Below are positions 59,165 through 60,316 of a stretch of 60,316 nucleotides of DNA, in pieces; positions within the stretch are counted from its first letter, which is position 1, and each line of letters begins with the position of its first letter. The DNA comes from an uncultured virus (IMG/VR IMGVR_UViG_3300043438_001900). Lineage: Duplodnaviria; Heunggongvirae; Uroviricota; Caudoviricetes. Position numbers and translations under genes: made by a program. Below the pieces are notes generated by a model. It was not told the origin of the DNA. It saw only the letters and a program-made list of their open reading frames with translations, and searched no databases. The DNA lies in the IMG/VR virus record IMGVR_UViG_3300043438_001900. One strand, 5' to 3'.

Positions 59165-59195
59165 CAAAGATACGTGTATTTTTTAGATATCCAAA
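59165..59195 (-). promoter_or_regulatory. Bacteroidota-type promoter for tracrRNA-array-cas
   Basis: Minus strand TTTG-N19-TATCTTTG. Confidence 0.8.
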
Positions 59196-59216
59196 TTTTT
59201 TTTTAAAAATATTTTT

Positions 59217-59309
59217 TTATTCATCATCCTCCAACGAATCACTGTATGTGGGTTTATCCTTTGGGACATAGTCCTCATCACAATTATCAATATGGTCCTC
59301 GTCGTTCAT
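59217..59309 (-). CDS. 30-aa highly acidic peptide
   Basis: MNDEDHIDNCDEDYVPKDKPTYSDSLEDDE*. Confidence 0.4.
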   Translation of the reverse strand: MNDEDHIDNCDEDYVPKDKPTYSDSLEDDE

Positions 59310-59327
59310 AATAGATTTATTTTAAAT

Positions 59328-59500
59328 AACACCCTGATTTATCCAACTTACAGGTGTCGTGGCTGTCCCCGTTACCGGGTTAGAAATAGACTTTTGGATA
59401 GATAGTCAATCTAAATAGAGCCTTTCCCTATCAGAAGTTCCATATGGTTATCACACCACTTCTCATCGTATTGGACATACTATCCGGTGATTAACCGAAT
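59328..59500 (-). ncRNA. unidentified structured RNA downstream of the tRNA-like element
   Basis: Stems CGGU/ACCG, AGAAGU/ACUUCU, UAGGG/CUCUA, GACU/AGUC, CCCG-GUAA-CGGG, CACCUG/CAGGGUG; GC-richer than flanks. Confidence 0.5.
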
Positions 59501-59504
59501 CGCG

Positions 59505-59625
59505 TAGTCAGGACAGGAATCGAACCTATAACCAGTTTTCTAAGCCCTACGTGCAGGATTTTCACTGCCTCGTACTGGTGTCTAATCGAGCATACACAGC
59601 GTTTAACCAATTCCGCCACCTGACT
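59505..59625 (-). tRNA. tRNA-like RNA (121 nt) with non-canonical, expanded anticodon/variable region
   Basis: Acceptor AGTCAGG/CCTGACT-A; D arm TGGCGGAATTGGTTAAACGC; T arm ATAGG-TTCGATT-CCTGT; no 7-nt anticodon loop. Confidence 0.7.
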
Positions 59626-59813
59626 ATTAGCGTTCTATTAAAAATGGAAGTTATTGCGCCTATACCATTTCGTTGATACCACCAATATGGCGTTCATTTT
59701 ATTCCATTGTTCAAGTTTTGTGAACATTTTCAAATATAGATTTTTATTCCATCATTGCGCCTATTTTTCTTGCTTTGCGCCTATTTTTTCCACCATAAGG
59801 CTAAAATTAGAAA

Positions 59814-60053
59814 TTATTTTCCAAATGTTTCGTTGTAGTATTGTTGAGAGCCAATTACATATTCATCTGAAATGCCAAATTTGTAAGCATTCATTATCTC
59901 CTGCTTGTGCATTTCTTTGGCTTCGTCAACATCCACTAAAAAATTATCTATCATTGTTGTTCTAACAATTCCATCTGGTTCAGATTCTATTATTAAAATT
60001 CTTCGTTTCAATTCAGATATTAACCATTCTATACTGCTTTTTTGTTTTTCCAT
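59814..60053 (-). CDS. small phage protein (AKEM.KQ.I...YYNETFGK family)
   Basis: A paralog ending YYNETFGK* also runs from the window end to 60190. Confidence 0.7.
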   Translation of the reverse strand: MEKQKSSIEWLISELKRRILIIESEPDGIVRTTMIDNFLVDVDEAKEMHKQEIMNAYKFGISDEYVIGSQQYYNETFGK

Positions 60054-60316
60054 TTTATTTGTTGTTTAAATGTTTTCTATTTCTTTTTTAATTCTTCATA
60101 AATACCACCTAAAATAATCATTATGATTAGTTGTATAAATGTAGTTACCCAATAATAAGCGTGTTCCATAAGTTTTTTTGTTATTTAAGTTATTTTCCAA
60201 ATGTTTCGTTGTAGTATTTTTCTGCTGTTTCGTATGGCTTATCTCTAAAATGCCACGATTGATTATAGCAATTGATGATTTGTTGCTTCTCCATTTCTTT
60301 GGCTTGTAAAAGAATA

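Noticed and set aside
59505..59625. Functional tRNA-Leu/Ser
   Set aside because: No canonical anticodon stem-loop could be formed
1..60316. Stop-codon reassignment
   Set aside because: Coding density is high with the standard code, and TAG/TGA end genes at plausible positions

Overview
AT-rich, gene-dense segment of a large (jumbo-type) tailed phage, inferred to infect a Bacteroidota host from dozens of TTTG..TAnnTTTG promoters and a Bacteroidota-style tmRNA. Three zones. (1) 1-36.2 kb: mostly late/virion and accessory genes behind a TATTTAT motif, including a tmRNA, a DUF2589 pair, a three-domain glycosyltransferase, a GH19 endolysin, CAP proteins, a cyclophilin, and many proteins sharing an N-terminal LTESQL-like motif. 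(2) About 36.5-55.7 kb: a one-strand block of short early-type genes, most with their own host-type promoter and terminator, carrying about 45 copies of a WTTTGNTTGGCA motif and bounded by G-run-rich signal sequences (possible long terminal repeat / host-takeover module). (3) 56-60.3 kb: a compact type V (Cas12f/TnpB-like) CRISPR locus without cas1/cas2 in the window, followed by a tRNA-like RNA and another structured RNA. Most notable: the Cas locus has two covarying copies of its RNA scaffold, an upstream tracrRNA and a downstream copy overlapping the cas 3' end and fused to a half repeat plus guide (natural sgRNA / omega-RNA-like). Two small non-coding elements are also complementary to the 23S H69-H70 region and the 16S 3' end. 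All calls come from reading the sequence and motif recognition; no database searches or folding programs were run.
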